A DNA stretch of 33,614 nucleotides, from the NCBI GenBank assembly GCA_038108555.1, contig JAYNIA010000008.1, positions 1 to 33,614 of the forward strand, written 5' to 3'. This DNA comes from Nitrospinota bacterium. Its GTDB lineage: Bacteria > Nitrospinota > Nitrospinia > Nitrospinales > VA-1. Under the pieces are notes generated by a model, which searched no databases, was not told the DNA's origin, and saw only the letters and a program-made list of their open reading frames with translations. The translations under genes and the position numbers were made by a program. Of this stretch, positions 9,608 through 18,875 are shown piece after piece (position 1 is the first letter of the stretch; each line of letters starts with the position of its first letter).

Positions 9608-10402
9608 TCAGTCGAAAATGAAATCGATGTGATAACCGGAGTATTTCCTTAGATTGATAACTCTCGTTTCAAGAATAAGGTATTGCCCTTTTATTCCCGT
9701 CAACCTGTCTTCAAACTCAGGAATCTTATCCAGATTGTGACTTGTGATTTTTTCGGGAACAGACTCTACAGGATAAATCAAATCCTGGATTTTTTCATTC
9801 TTCAGCGCATAGCACTTTAAATCTTCTGGAAACAATTGATGGGCTTTTTCGCGAAACTCAAATAAATCCAAATCCTCATAATCACTCTTTAACATTTTTC
9901 TCCAGTTGGTTTTATCCGCAAAGGTTTTTGATACAGCCACTTCTATTTTTCCAGAAAGAATTCGCTCCGGCACCTTGGCAATAATCAAACCTTTCACCGC
10001 ACCCTGGTCTATCCAGCGATCGGGGATATTATAGTGCCGGGTAATGCCTACCTTTATTCCGCTGGTAAGAGAAAGATACACATAGTGATCTATGTTGCAA
10101 TGGGTTCTCCAAAATTCTTTATCAGCTTCATTCCCGTTTTCATGTTCACACAATTCCGGGCGTACGGAACACATCGCATTTTCGGGTAAGTCTCTGGAAC
10201 AGACAAAACAGTATCCCTGATCATACGACTTCTTGGTTTTTCTTCCACACTCAATACAGGTAATGATTCCTTCCCATTTTATTTTTAGCTTCTTTCCAAT
10301 ATGGAGATTGAGTGGATGGTTTTCATTATTTAAATTGAGGAAATATTGAATGGGACTCCCCTGCTCTACATTCATTTTTCGAACCTGACCCGATAGCTTC
10401 AT
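9608..10402 (-). CDS. DUF2797-family protein
   Basis: CIECG..SYDQGYCFVC, HYVYL..KVGITR, RWIDQGA, DKTNWRKML and GIKGQYL are characteristic motifs. Confidence 0.85.
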   Translation of the reverse strand: MKLSGQVRKMNVEQGSPIQYFLNLNNENHPLNLHIGKKLKIKWEGIITCIECGRKTKKSYDQGYCFVCSRDLPENAMCSVRPELCEHENGNEADKEFWRTHCNIDHYVYLSLTSGIKVGITRHYNIPDRWIDQGAVKGLIIAKVPERILSGKIEVAVSKTFADKTNWRKMLKSDYEDLDLFEFREKAHQLFPEDLKCYALKNEKIQDLIYPVESVPEKITSHNLDKIPEFEDRLTGIKGQYLILETRVINLRKYSGYHIDFIFD

Positions 10403-10960
10403 TAAATATGAATCCTATTTAGTAAAAATAATTAAAGAATTTTTCTATTTTCTGATTTCGCCAAAAAATATTCTAAAGCGAAAACTGCAAAAAGAACTGC
10501 CAGCACAACTGTTTGGGAATCAAATATCAGGAAGCTGCCAAGAAATAATAGAAGATAGAAAAAAATGCGAACCAGTTTTTTAATTCCAATTTGCAACATT
10601 CCCCATTATAAACCGCTGCAAAATCCGGGTAAAATTCGAATCTCCCTATTTTTAATTCTCAAACAAATTGCCGGGATAGAATCAATAAAAACGGTTTATA
10701 AAGACTCTAAATTTATTAAGTACCCTAAATATGTCCCTGAAGACAAACCCTATCCCTAAAAGAGTTATCTAAATAAATTCAAATATTTGGGGGAATTTTT
10801 TAATTACAAAATCCTTAAAGCCTTTATTTGTAACAAGATTGGGACATTAACCCGTTGAAAATTAGTTTAAATTGGGTGTAGCATACGCTCAAATAAGCTA
10901 CCAGAAAAATATCCGAATAGGGATTTTGAGCTATTCAGTAATAGTTGCAAATTTTTTTCG

Positions 10961-11809
10961 ATGGAAATTCTAGATCTTATAACAGAAAACGATCCGTTGG
11001 CTTCGTTGCCAAATACCTTTTACCTCTTGCAAGATGCCATAGAGGACCCCAACTCGGATTTTGCCCAGATTGGGAAGATTATAAGTGTTGATCCGGCATT
11101 GACCGTTCGTCTTCTCAAAATTGTAAACAGCGCGTTTTACGGCTACCGAAACCAAATAGAAACTGTTTCCCACGCTTTGGGAGTCGTAGGCACAGAGCAA
11201 CTGATGCAACTCGTACTTGCAACTTCTGTAGTCGGCCAATTCAAGGGAATTCCTGCAGACATGATAAATATGGAATATTTCTGGAGGCATAGCGTAGCTT
11301 GTGGATTAATTGCAAGGGCTATAAACGAGGTCCAGAATAGTGAAAATGGGGAAAGGTATTTTGTTGCAGGTCTGCTTCATGATATTGGACGCCTCGTAAT
11401 GTGCCTGAAAGTTCCCGACCAGCTTCGAATCGCAATGGATTTTGCACGCAAAAGTGGAGACCGCTGGCACAAAGCTGAGGCAAAATATTTTGGTTTCAAC
11501 CATGCCGGAGTTGGTGGCGCTTTGTTGAGAGCCTGGAATTTACCTAAGAGACTTCAGGAAAGTGTTGCCCATCACCATCATCCTTCCTCAGCTAAAAAAT
11601 ACTTTCACGAAGCAACTGTAATATATCTTGCAGATCATATGAGCCATGAAATCCTGGACACTTCAGATGATGAATGTACCCGCGGAAAAATAGACCCTAC
11701 CATTTGGAAAAAACTTAATTTGAAAGAAAGCACCCATAAGTCCATAATCAAGGAAAAAGTTTTCTTCCAGTTAGACGAAGTATCCCAGGTCTTTTTGCAA
11801 AGTGCCTGA
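10961..11809 (+). CDS. Stand-alone HDOD-domain protein
   Basis: LASLP, DPALTVRLLKIVNSAFYG, FWRHS, GLLHDIG, HAGVGG.LL..WNLP. Confidence 0.92.
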   Translation: MEILDLITENDPLASLPNTFYLLQDAIEDPNSDFAQIGKIISVDPALTVRLLKIVNSAFYGYRNQIETVSHALGVVGTEQLMQLVLATSVVGQFKGIPADMINMEYFWRHSVACGLIARAINEVQNSENGERYFVAGLLHDIGRLVMCLKVPDQLRIAMDFARKSGDRWHKAEAKYFGFNHAGVGGALLRAWNLPKRLQESVAHHHHPSSAKKYFHEATVIYLADHMSHEILDTSDDECTRGKIDPTIWKKLNLKESTHKSIIKEKVFFQLDEVSQVFLQSA

Positions 11810-12055
11810 TCGATAAATTCCCTCCTCCCAATTTTTATTGAAAACTCTTCTCAATTCCTGCTTTAAAAGGCAAAAATAAATTATTTAGAATGCATTTAGT
11901 GCATTAATTTGGCTTAATTGCATCTGTCAAGTATTTTCAGCATCTAACATTTTGATGGTAATTTTAAGACTTGAAAAGTTAATAAACTTAAGAGAAACTA
12001 TTGCCGTTAAGGGAAACAGTGATCTTTGAACTCGCAAGAAACAAGGAGATGCTTA

Positions 12056-12280
12056 ATGGAAGACCTAACAATATCTAAAGGCTGGTTTCAGGACAAAGAT
12101 GATGAACCTACGATAATCAAGAAAAAGTTTTGCGAGCACAAAGCAAATACTGTAACTCTCGATTACGAAATTGGTTTGGAATATTGTTCATTCTGTGGCG
12201 CATTAGGCCATTACAACCCTGACCTTGACAAAGTGGAATGGACGCTTCCAGAACATTTACAAAAACAAAACTACAACTAA
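12056..12280 (+). CDS. Small hypothetical protein (74 aa) with CxH...CxxC motif
   Basis: AGGAG RBS favours ATG 12056 over TTG 12026. Contains CEH and CSFCG. A terminator follows. Confidence 0.65.
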   Translation: MEDLTISKGWFQDKDDEPTIIKKKFCEHKANTVTLDYEIGLEYCSFCGALGHYNPDLDKVEWTLPEHLQKQNYN

Positions 12281-12316
12281 TAATAAATAGAGGGAATTGA
12301 AATTCCCCTGAAATAT

Positions 12317-12346
12317 AAAAGCCCCGACATTACTGTCGGGGCTTTT
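12317..12346. terminator. Bidirectional intrinsic terminator
   Basis: AAAAGCCCCGACA-TTAC-TGTCGGGGCTTTT perfect hairpin between convergent genes. Confidence 0.9.
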
Positions 12347-12374
12347 TCTTTTTATACTCCTTAAATACTTCCTT

Positions 12375-13625
12375 TCAAGGAATAAAAATAACAAACAATT
12401 TAAAAAACAACATCGCGATGATAGCGGTGAAGGGAATTGTCGTTACCCAGGAAATAACTATCATCTTGACAATACCCAGGTTTAAAGTGGGTAAGCCTCG
12501 AGCCAAACCAACACCAATGACGGATCCCACCAAAGTATGAGTGGTAGAAATGGGAAGACCCATTTTTGAACAAATTAAAACAACTGAAGCGGCACCAAAG
12601 GTGGCACAAAAACCTCTAGACGGGGTTATATCTGTTATATTCTCACCCACTGTTGCCATAACCCGGTAACCCCAGACCATCAAGCCTAAGACAATAAATC
12701 CCCCTCCCAATCCCAATATCCAGGTTGGCATTTCCACTTTCATTTCTACAGGATGCCCTTCCAGAATCGATACAACAGCCGCCAGAGGACCCACTGCATT
12801 GGCCACATCGTTGGAACCATGGGCAAACGCAATATAAAATGCAGTTAAAATCTGGAGGTATTTAAACAGGTTTTCGGTGGTATAGAACTGGTGCGCCAAA
12901 TCTTTTGAGTCATCATCAGGGATATAGCGAACCAGGAATTTGGAAAGGAAAAAACCTACGGTTCCTGCCAGCAAAGCAACCAGCAAAACATTTTTAAAAT
13001 CCAAATCTAAATGTAGATTTTTTAATCCTTTATAAAAAATGGCAATGGAAAGAATAAAGAAGACAACAGACACCATAAACGGTAATAATTCTTTTGCATG
13101 TGTCAGGGGTTTTCTTGTACTGAAAATGGCTTTATTTATAAATTGAAAAACCAGAAAAGCAAACAGTCCTCCCATTACGGGCGAAACAATCCAACTCAAA
13201 ACCACATTACCGATCTTTCCCCAGTTAACAACCTCCATTCCCCCGGCAATCAAACCAAAACCCAGCACCCCTCCAATAATGGAGTGCGTTGTGGAAACAG
13301 GCCAACCTAGATAACTTGCAATATGAAGCCATATAGCAGCCGCCAATAGCGCAGAGATCATCCCATATACCAATTGATAGGGGACATCAGAAAAAAAGCT
13401 GGTATCCAACATTCCTTTGCGAATGGTATCGGAGACATGACCTCCCACAAAAAAAGCGCCTACAAACTCGGCCACTGCCGCAATGATAATTGCCTCTTTG
13501 AAAGTCAGGCTTTTAGACCCCACACTGGTACCCATTGCATTTGCAACATCGTTGGCACCAATATTACAAGCCATGTATACACATGCAATGACAGCGAAAG
13601 AAAAAAGGAAGGTGTTTAAATCCAA
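12375..13625 (-). CDS. pit: PiT-family inorganic phosphate transporter
   Basis: GANDVANAMGTSVGS, PVSTTHSI, HGSNDVANAVGP and PISTTH signatures; multiple TM helices. Confidence 0.95.
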   Translation of the reverse strand: MDLNTFLFSFAVIACVYMACNIGANDVANAMGTSVGSKSLTFKEAIIIAAVAEFVGAFFVGGHVSDTIRKGMLDTSFFSDVPYQLVYGMISALLAAAIWLHIASYLGWPVSTTHSIIGGVLGFGLIAGGMEVVNWGKIGNVVLSWIVSPVMGGLFAFLVFQFINKAIFSTRKPLTHAKELLPFMVSVVFFILSIAIFYKGLKNLHLDLDFKNVLLVALLAGTVGFFLSKFLVRYIPDDDSKDLAHQFYTTENLFKYLQILTAFYIAFAHGSNDVANAVGPLAAVVSILEGHPVEMKVEMPTWILGLGGGFIVLGLMVWGYRVMATVGENITDITPSRGFCATFGAASVVLICSKMGLPISTTHTLVGSVIGVGLARGLPTLNLGIVKMIVISWVTTIPFTAIIAMLFFKLFVIFIP

Positions 13626-13664
13626 ACCGGGCTCCTCAACCTGGAGAAAGGGAATTCGATTAAA

Positions 13665-14336
13665 TTACTGGGAAAGGAAAATCCTGAGAGTTTTACCAAT
13701 TTGTTCTGTTTTATCTGCAACGGCACCCAACTTTTTGATTACTTCATTCCACAGAAGTAAATCGGCAGCTTCAATCTGACTGCCTAATGAAAAAAGCTTT
13801 TGCGCCAGTTGAAATTGTTTCCGGTCGGCTTCCCACTCTAAAGCTCCTAATACCTGCGTTGCTTTTTCCACTTTCTCGGCTTCGGCTCCTCCAAAAGAAG
13901 ACTCTAGCAACGCTTCAAGCTCCGGGATCAAATCACAACCCGCGCTAGCGGTTTTGATAACATGTTCCACCAGTTCATGGAGGGAGGGTTGAATAGTTTC
14001 CGGAGTACCCAGGTTCTTAATCCTTAAAAGAACGGCCAAATCCTCAACCGCATCCGCCATATCATCCTGAGCTGATAAAAGGTGCATGAAATCCTTTTTA
14101 TCCACAGGAAGAAACATGGTTTGCTTCATATGAGTGCGAATATCATCCTTGATCATGTCCGCCTCATGTTCCAGCTTTACAATGAGTTCAGAAATCTTTG
14201 CCACCTCATCATAATCACCTCTACCTAGTGCCTTAAACAGAGGGTCTATTTGATCGACGCAGGCCCGGACCTTATCCATATGGCTCCCTAATGGTTTGAA
14301 GGGAGATTTTGCAAACATTGAGAGAATGGAGCGCAT
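13665..14336 (-). CDS. DUF47/TIGR00153 PhoU-like phosphate transport regulator
   Basis: SPFKPL..HM, LEHEAD.IK and QDDMAD..ED motifs; directly upstream of pit. Confidence 0.9.
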   Translation of the reverse strand: MRSILSMFAKSPFKPLGSHMDKVRACVDQIDPLFKALGRGDYDEVAKISELIVKLEHEADMIKDDIRTHMKQTMFLPVDKKDFMHLLSAQDDMADAVEDLAVLLRIKNLGTPETIQPSLHELVEHVIKTASAGCDLIPELEALLESSFGGAEAEKVEKATQVLGALEWEADRKQFQLAQKLFSLGSQIEAADLLLWNEVIKKLGAVADKTEQIGKTLRIFLSQ

Positions 14337-14537
14337 CTATTCCTTTATACAAATATATGAATATTCAAGAGCAGGTTGAAGTTATTCTATTTGGTCAAAA
14401 ATTGCAAGCAGGATCGGCTGTAAACGTCAAGGAAAAGGAATCAAAACTGAATCCAACGGGGAACCCAAATATAACAAGGGCTTACAAAAAAAGGTCCGTA
14501 GCAGAATTCAAGGAGGGAAATTACTTTTTAATGGGAA

Positions 14538-15257
14538 TCATCTACCCATTATTGAGAACCAATCTTCCAGCCGCTGAATTTGCAGGTATGAATTCGATTG
14601 ACGGACATCACCCATCTCTCCCGATGGGCTTCCACCATAATTATGTCCGGGATATAAAATGATACTGTCTTCGATTTTAGATAATCGGCGAGTCAGAGTA
14701 TGAAACAGTTCCTCACTATTTCCACCCGGCAAATCGACCCGACCGCATCCTTGCAAAAACAAAGTGTCGCCGGCAATCAGACTGTCGGCAACCCGAAAGC
14801 ATTGCGATCCGGGCGTATGACCCGGGGTATGAAGACATTTAATATCAATGGAACCTACTTTGACAATATCTTCTCCGTCCATTTGTTTCATATCTGACAT
14901 GGATATCCCGGTGATTTGCTTGAGCCCATCCGCCTCAATCTTATTCACATAGACCGGCACGGGATTCTTTTCCATCAATTCCGCAAGGCCGGTAATTTCC
15001 ATCCCGAAAATTTCTCCGCCCACATGGTCCGGGTGATAATGAGTTACCAGCGCGCCGGTTAGCTTCATATCATCCTCCTCGACCACTTTCAGGATACCGT
15101 CGATGTCCCAGGCAGGGTCAACCACGACACATTCACGGGTTTGAGTATCTCCTATCAAATAGAGAAAGTTGGCCATTGATCTTGCAGAGGGATCATTCGT
15201 CCCCAAATCAATTCCCGACAACAACTGTCTAAAATATACCTGGTTCGCTCCTGACAA
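14538..15257 (-). CDS. Metallo-beta-lactamase-fold hydrolase (glyoxalase II/persulfide dioxygenase-like)
   Basis: THYHPDH, HTPGHTPGS, GDTLF..GCGRVD, YPGH. Confidence 0.9.
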   Translation of the reverse strand: MSGANQVYFRQLLSGIDLGTNDPSARSMANFLYLIGDTQTRECVVVDPAWDIDGILKVVEEDDMKLTGALVTHYHPDHVGGEIFGMEITGLAELMEKNPVPVYVNKIEADGLKQITGISMSDMKQMDGEDIVKVGSIDIKCLHTPGHTPGSQCFRVADSLIAGDTLFLQGCGRVDLPGGNSEELFHTLTRRLSKIEDSIILYPGHNYGGSPSGEMGDVRQSNSYLQIQRLEDWFSIMGR

Positions 15258-15269
15258 GAGATCCTCCTT

Positions 15270-16079
15270 TTATTTTTCAGAATGGAATATTTTGTTCAAT
15301 AAGTCGGCCAGTCGGACGCCGGCCTGCACCATGCGTTGATCGAGAATTTCCCTACTCCTCGAAACATACTCTTTGGTCAATTCTCTCTCCCCTATGGGAT
15401 AAGCAAACTTTAAAGCATACGATCGGGACTCATTGGCCCATTCATCTATATTCGAATTGAGCCATTCCAACTTTTCAGAATCCGTTACCCGGGAATTCAA
15501 CCGAGTAGCGTATTTTAACAGACTTTTGTTTTTCCAATGGATCAATCCACCATCCCATAAATAATGCAGGTTGACATTATTCCCCAAATAATAAGTTCGA
15601 ATGTTATTTCCTCCCCGGTCTTTTTGGTTACCTAGGTGCAAGGGTTGGTGCACATCTGCCACAAAATGAACAATGTATTTTAAAGCGTCTTTTCTTTTTT
15701 CCTGAGGATTTTCAATGTTCGCCAATACACCTGAAAATTCTTTTAATTTTGCTACAACACAATTGCCATCCGGACAATCTCGGGCAGCCTCATAAGTCCA
15801 TTCCCCCTCACGAATATTGGTATAATGCCAGGGTTTTTCCTCTTCTTTTTTTTTGCGAACCATGTCGGCCCAGGTAGCCACATCCGCAAGATGGTTTATG
15901 TTAAACTCTTTCTTAATATTTTTTTTGGTTGCAACATCCAAATTGAATTCCGCCACATAACCAACCACTATATGACCCTGAGATCCCCAGCCATGTGCAT
16001 CTGCAAAATTAAATACAAGCAAAACAAAAGCAAGCCCAATTCGTCGCGCCCAAAGCGCTTTTTTACACTCTGCAAACAT
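15270..16079 (-). CDS. Secreted S1/P1-family nuclease
   Basis: Signal peptide then WGSQGH, WAD, WHY, HFVADVHQPLH, GGN and NLHYLWD tri-zinc motifs. Confidence 0.93.
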   Translation of the reverse strand: MFAECKKALWARRIGLAFVLLVFNFADAHGWGSQGHIVVGYVAEFNLDVATKKNIKKEFNINHLADVATWADMVRKKKEEEKPWHYTNIREGEWTYEAARDCPDGNCVVAKLKEFSGVLANIENPQEKRKDALKYIVHFVADVHQPLHLGNQKDRGGNNIRTYYLGNNVNLHYLWDGGLIHWKNKSLLKYATRLNSRVTDSEKLEWLNSNIDEWANESRSYALKFAYPIGERELTKEYVSRSREILDQRMVQAGVRLADLLNKIFHSEK

Positions 16080-16101
16080 ATCAGCCTATAAATTTAAAGG
16101 T

Positions 16102-16839
16102 ATGAAATCTCTGAGCTCTTTTTACCATACTGTAAAATTCTGGACACTTATTATTTCACTTTCGATTTTACTAGGAGCAGCAGCAGTAATAGCGCGACCC
16201 TTTGACCGCTCCGGAAATTCTTCACATAATATTTCCAGACTCTGGTGCCGCTTACTTTGCAGCTTAAATGGAGTAAAGGTGGATATTAAGGGATTGGAAA
16301 ATATCTTTACCGATCAACCTCAGATATTTGTATCAAATCATCAGGGTTATTTCGATATCTTTGCGCTTTCAGGATATTTACCCGTTCAAATCAGATGGGT
16401 GGCAAAATCAAGTCTTTTCAAAATTCCATTTATGGGTTGGGCCATGACAGCAGCAGGCTATATTCCTGTCGAAAGAGGAGATCGGAAAAAATCCTATCAG
16501 GCTTTCATACAAACGGTGGAAAAGGTAAAAGAAGGCTGTTCGATAATTATTTTTCCGGAAGGCACGCGGTCCGAAGATGGAACCATTGGACCTTTTAAGA
16601 AGGGAAGCAATCTTATTGCCAGTCGGTCGAACAGCCCCATGATTCCAGTAACCATAATTGGCAGCGGAGACATCATCAAAAAAGGAAGTGCGGTCATTCA
16701 CCCTGGTACCGTGAAAATAATAATCTCGGAACCCGTCACGAAACATCTGGAAGAAAAAGATGATGGAGAGATTTTAAATTCCATCCGCGAAACTATATGC
16801 ACTAACAAGCAACGGGAAGAAGCGGGTCAGCAACTCTAA
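16102..16839 (+). CDS. plsC: 1-acyl-sn-glycerol-3-phosphate acyltransferase
   Basis: SNHQGYFD (HX4D) and FPEGTRS motifs, N-terminal TM. Confidence 0.92.
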   Translation: MKSLSSFYHTVKFWTLIISLSILLGAAAVIARPFDRSGNSSHNISRLWCRLLCSLNGVKVDIKGLENIFTDQPQIFVSNHQGYFDIFALSGYLPVQIRWVAKSSLFKIPFMGWAMTAAGYIPVERGDRKKSYQAFIQTVEKVKEGCSIIIFPEGTRSEDGTIGPFKKGSNLIASRSNSPMIPVTIIGSGDIIKKGSAVIHPGTVKIIISEPVTKHLEEKDDGEILNSIRETICTNKQREEAGQQL

Positions 16840-16881
16840 CCCCAAACAATTTTCTCCCTCATCACCTCCCCTGTTAGGGGG

Positions 16882-17403
16882 TTACCTTTTTTCTTTTTGA
16901 ATGAATTCCCAGATATCGGCGGGATGGTCCCGAAGGTCTTCCGGGTTTCTCCATATAGCACGGATCATTCCCGTTTTGTCGATCACAAAAGTGGTTCGCT
17001 CGATGTATTTCACCATTTGCCCAAGATCCTCTTCTTCCTTGATGACGCCATAGAGCTCGGTGACTTTTTTGTGCTCATCGGCAAGAAGAGTAAAACCAAA
17101 TTGGAATACTTCGATGAACTGTTGATGGGAATTTACACCGTTCCAACTACAACCCAAAACTTCCACTTCGCGGGTTTTGAACTTACGGTTCCACTCATTG
17201 AACCCAACCATCAATCGGGTATCTTCGGGGCTACTATCCTGCCTGTAAAAAGCGAGAACCACCCACTTCTTGTCTTCGAAATCTTTAAGGCTAACCTTAA
17301 CTTTTTCCTCCGCAGACGGGCTGGAGGCCCCTGCCTTGTAGCCATAACATGCCGGCAGTTCAAAATTTGGCGCGCGATCTCCTACTTCAAGTTCATCTGG
17401 CAT
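16882..17403 (-). CDS. BCP/PrxQ-like peroxiredoxin-fold protein lacking the peroxidatic Cys
   Basis: VGDRAPNFEL, VVLAFY, FTLLAD, YGV and ERTTFVID match BCP. The active site reads RQDSSPEDT instead of PKDxTPGCT. Confidence 0.85.
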   Translation of the reverse strand: MPDELEVGDRAPNFELPACYGYKAGASSPSAEEKVKVSLKDFEDKKWVVLAFYRQDSSPEDTRLMVGFNEWNRKFKTREVEVLGCSWNGVNSHQQFIEVFQFGFTLLADEHKKVTELYGVIKEEEDLGQMVKYIERTTFVIDKTGMIRAIWRNPEDLRDHPADIWEFIQKEKR

Positions 17404-17462
17404 GTGAAGATATCCTTTTTTTTAAAAGGCACCCTCACGGGTGCCGAGTTCCAATTGTGGGT

Positions 17463-17786
17463 TTATTGATCACCAAATGCAGCTTTGATCAGAGGTTCTA
17501 CTTCCCCTTTGGCTTCCATTTCATCGAGAATATCAGTATCCCCATAGAATTTACCATCGATGAAAACTTTTGGCAGCGTCGGCCAATTGGTCATTTTGGT
17601 AAGAGCTTCCCGTTTAGCCGGATCTGCAAGTGCATTGACCACCTCAAAGGGGTAGCCGTATTTGTTAAAAAACTGAATCGTTTCCACGGTAAATCCGCAT
17701 TGCGGTGCCTCTTTGGTACCTTTTCCATAAATGATGATTTTATGTTCTGCAATTTCTTCTTTAATTTGATCTTCCAATTCTGACAT
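17463..17786 (-). CDS. grxD: Monothiol glutaredoxin (Grx4/GrxD-like)
   Basis: KGTKEAPQCGFT (CGFS-type) and NWPTLP; adjacent to bolA. Confidence 0.88.
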   Translation of the reverse strand: MSELEDQIKEEIAEHKIIIYGKGTKEAPQCGFTVETIQFFNKYGYPFEVVNALADPAKREALTKMTNWPTLPKVFIDGKFYGDTDILDEMEAKGEVEPLIKAAFGDQ

Positions 17787-17840
17787 TGCTAACTCCTTTA
17801 ATTTTTTTAAAATTCAATAATGTTGAATAGACCCCGGCTA

Positions 17841-18071
17841 TTAAGGGGTGGCTGTTTTTATTTCAGCGGCGTGGATTCGACCGTCTTGCATGGCGGGGTT
17901 CAAAGCATCCTGAACCTTGCGGTGGCGGTCCATAATTCCCAGCTCTTCAAAAGAAGCCGAAACCACGTGAATAATAAAATGGTCACTCATCCCGGTTTTA
18001 TCCATCACATTCACTTCCGCGTCGGGAACCGCGGTTTTAACTAAATCAATCAAATCTGGAATACTAATCAT
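17841..18071 (-). CDS. BolA/IbaG-family protein
   Basis: DHF.I.VVS..FE..MDRHRKV..AL..IHA..I.T.TP. Confidence 0.92.
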   Translation of the reverse strand: MISIPDLIDLVKTAVPDAEVNVMDKTGMSDHFIIHVVSASFEELGIMDRHRKVQDALNPAMQDGRIHAAEIKTATP

Positions 18072-18267
18072 CCTTTTTCCTTTAAAAATTATGTTTTACG
18101 CCAATTATCTGTACCTGTTTGATTCAAATTTTAGCAAAAGGATTTAATGTTTTGCCCTGTTTATTCAATATAATACTATAAATTTTCTAGGCATAAAATG
18201 GCATAAATCATTTTAAATCTACCATTTATAGATCTAGCGAGCTCACAACAAACTGAATTTACAAGAA

Positions 18268-18297
18268 TTGACGAAATGATCCAAATTTAAGTATAAT
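18268..18297 (+). promoter_or_regulatory. Sigma70-type promoter for the iscA-like gene
   Basis: TTGACG-N18-TATAAT, 67 nt upstream of an ATG with a GGGAG RBS. Confidence 0.7.
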
Positions 18298-18364
18298 TTT
18301 AGAATCGTTAACCCCAGACACGCTATCTAATAGATGTATAAAGAGTTAAACAAGGGAGATATTC

Positions 18365-18706
18365 ATGACGGTAACCACAGAATTTGTAAAAATTACCCCC
18401 AGGGCCAGTGAGGAAGTCACAAAACTGGTAAAAGCAGAAAACAACCCGGAAATCGGATTAAGACTGGCAGTTAAGGGTGGCGGATGCTCGGGATTGTCCT
18501 ACGACCTGTCATTCACAGCAAAAGAGGAAGGCGACACCATCATCCAGCATGAAGAGTTCAATGTTTTTATGGATGCTAAAAGCATGATCTACCTGAAAGG
18601 AATGCAATTGGATTATCAGGACGGTCTGCAAGGCAAAGGGTTTGTCTTTGTGAACCCGAATGCTACTTCCACCTGCGGGTGTGGGGAATCTTTTTCAATA
18701 ACTTAA
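18365..18706 (+). CDS. iscA: A-type Fe-S carrier (IscA/ErpA/HesB family)
   Basis: GGGCSGLSY and NPNA.STCGCGESF motifs. Confidence 0.93.
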   Translation: MTVTTEFVKITPRASEEVTKLVKAENNPEIGLRLAVKGGGCSGLSYDLSFTAKEEGDTIIQHEEFNVFMDAKSMIYLKGMQLDYQDGLQGKGFVFVNPNATSTCGCGESFSIT

Positions 18707-18838
18707 TAACCAAATATATCCCGTCCTGTTTCCAAGTTCATTAATTTTAGTCGCCTGCCTTATCTTGCAAAAGGGAAACTTGACGGCTTCCAGACTCTGT
18801 CCATTCCAGTCAGAGAGATCTCAGAACGTTTTGTTATT

Positions 18839-18870
18839 TGCCCCCACGACCCGTGTGGGGCATTTTTTTT
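18839..18870 (+). terminator. Intrinsic terminator/attenuator between iscA and ygfZ
   Basis: TGCCCCCACG-ACC-CGTGTGGGGCA followed by T8. Confidence 0.75.
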
Positions 18871-18875
18871 GAATT

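Noticed and set aside
10565..10759. 64-aa ORF in an AT-rich divergent intergenic region; likewise 14309-14662, 22387-22710 and 27812-28282
   Set aside because: No recognisable motifs. They lie in promoter regions or overlap well-supported genes on the opposite strand.
17221..17223. Selenocysteine at the peroxiredoxin active site
   Set aside because: The codon is GAT (Asp), not TGA.
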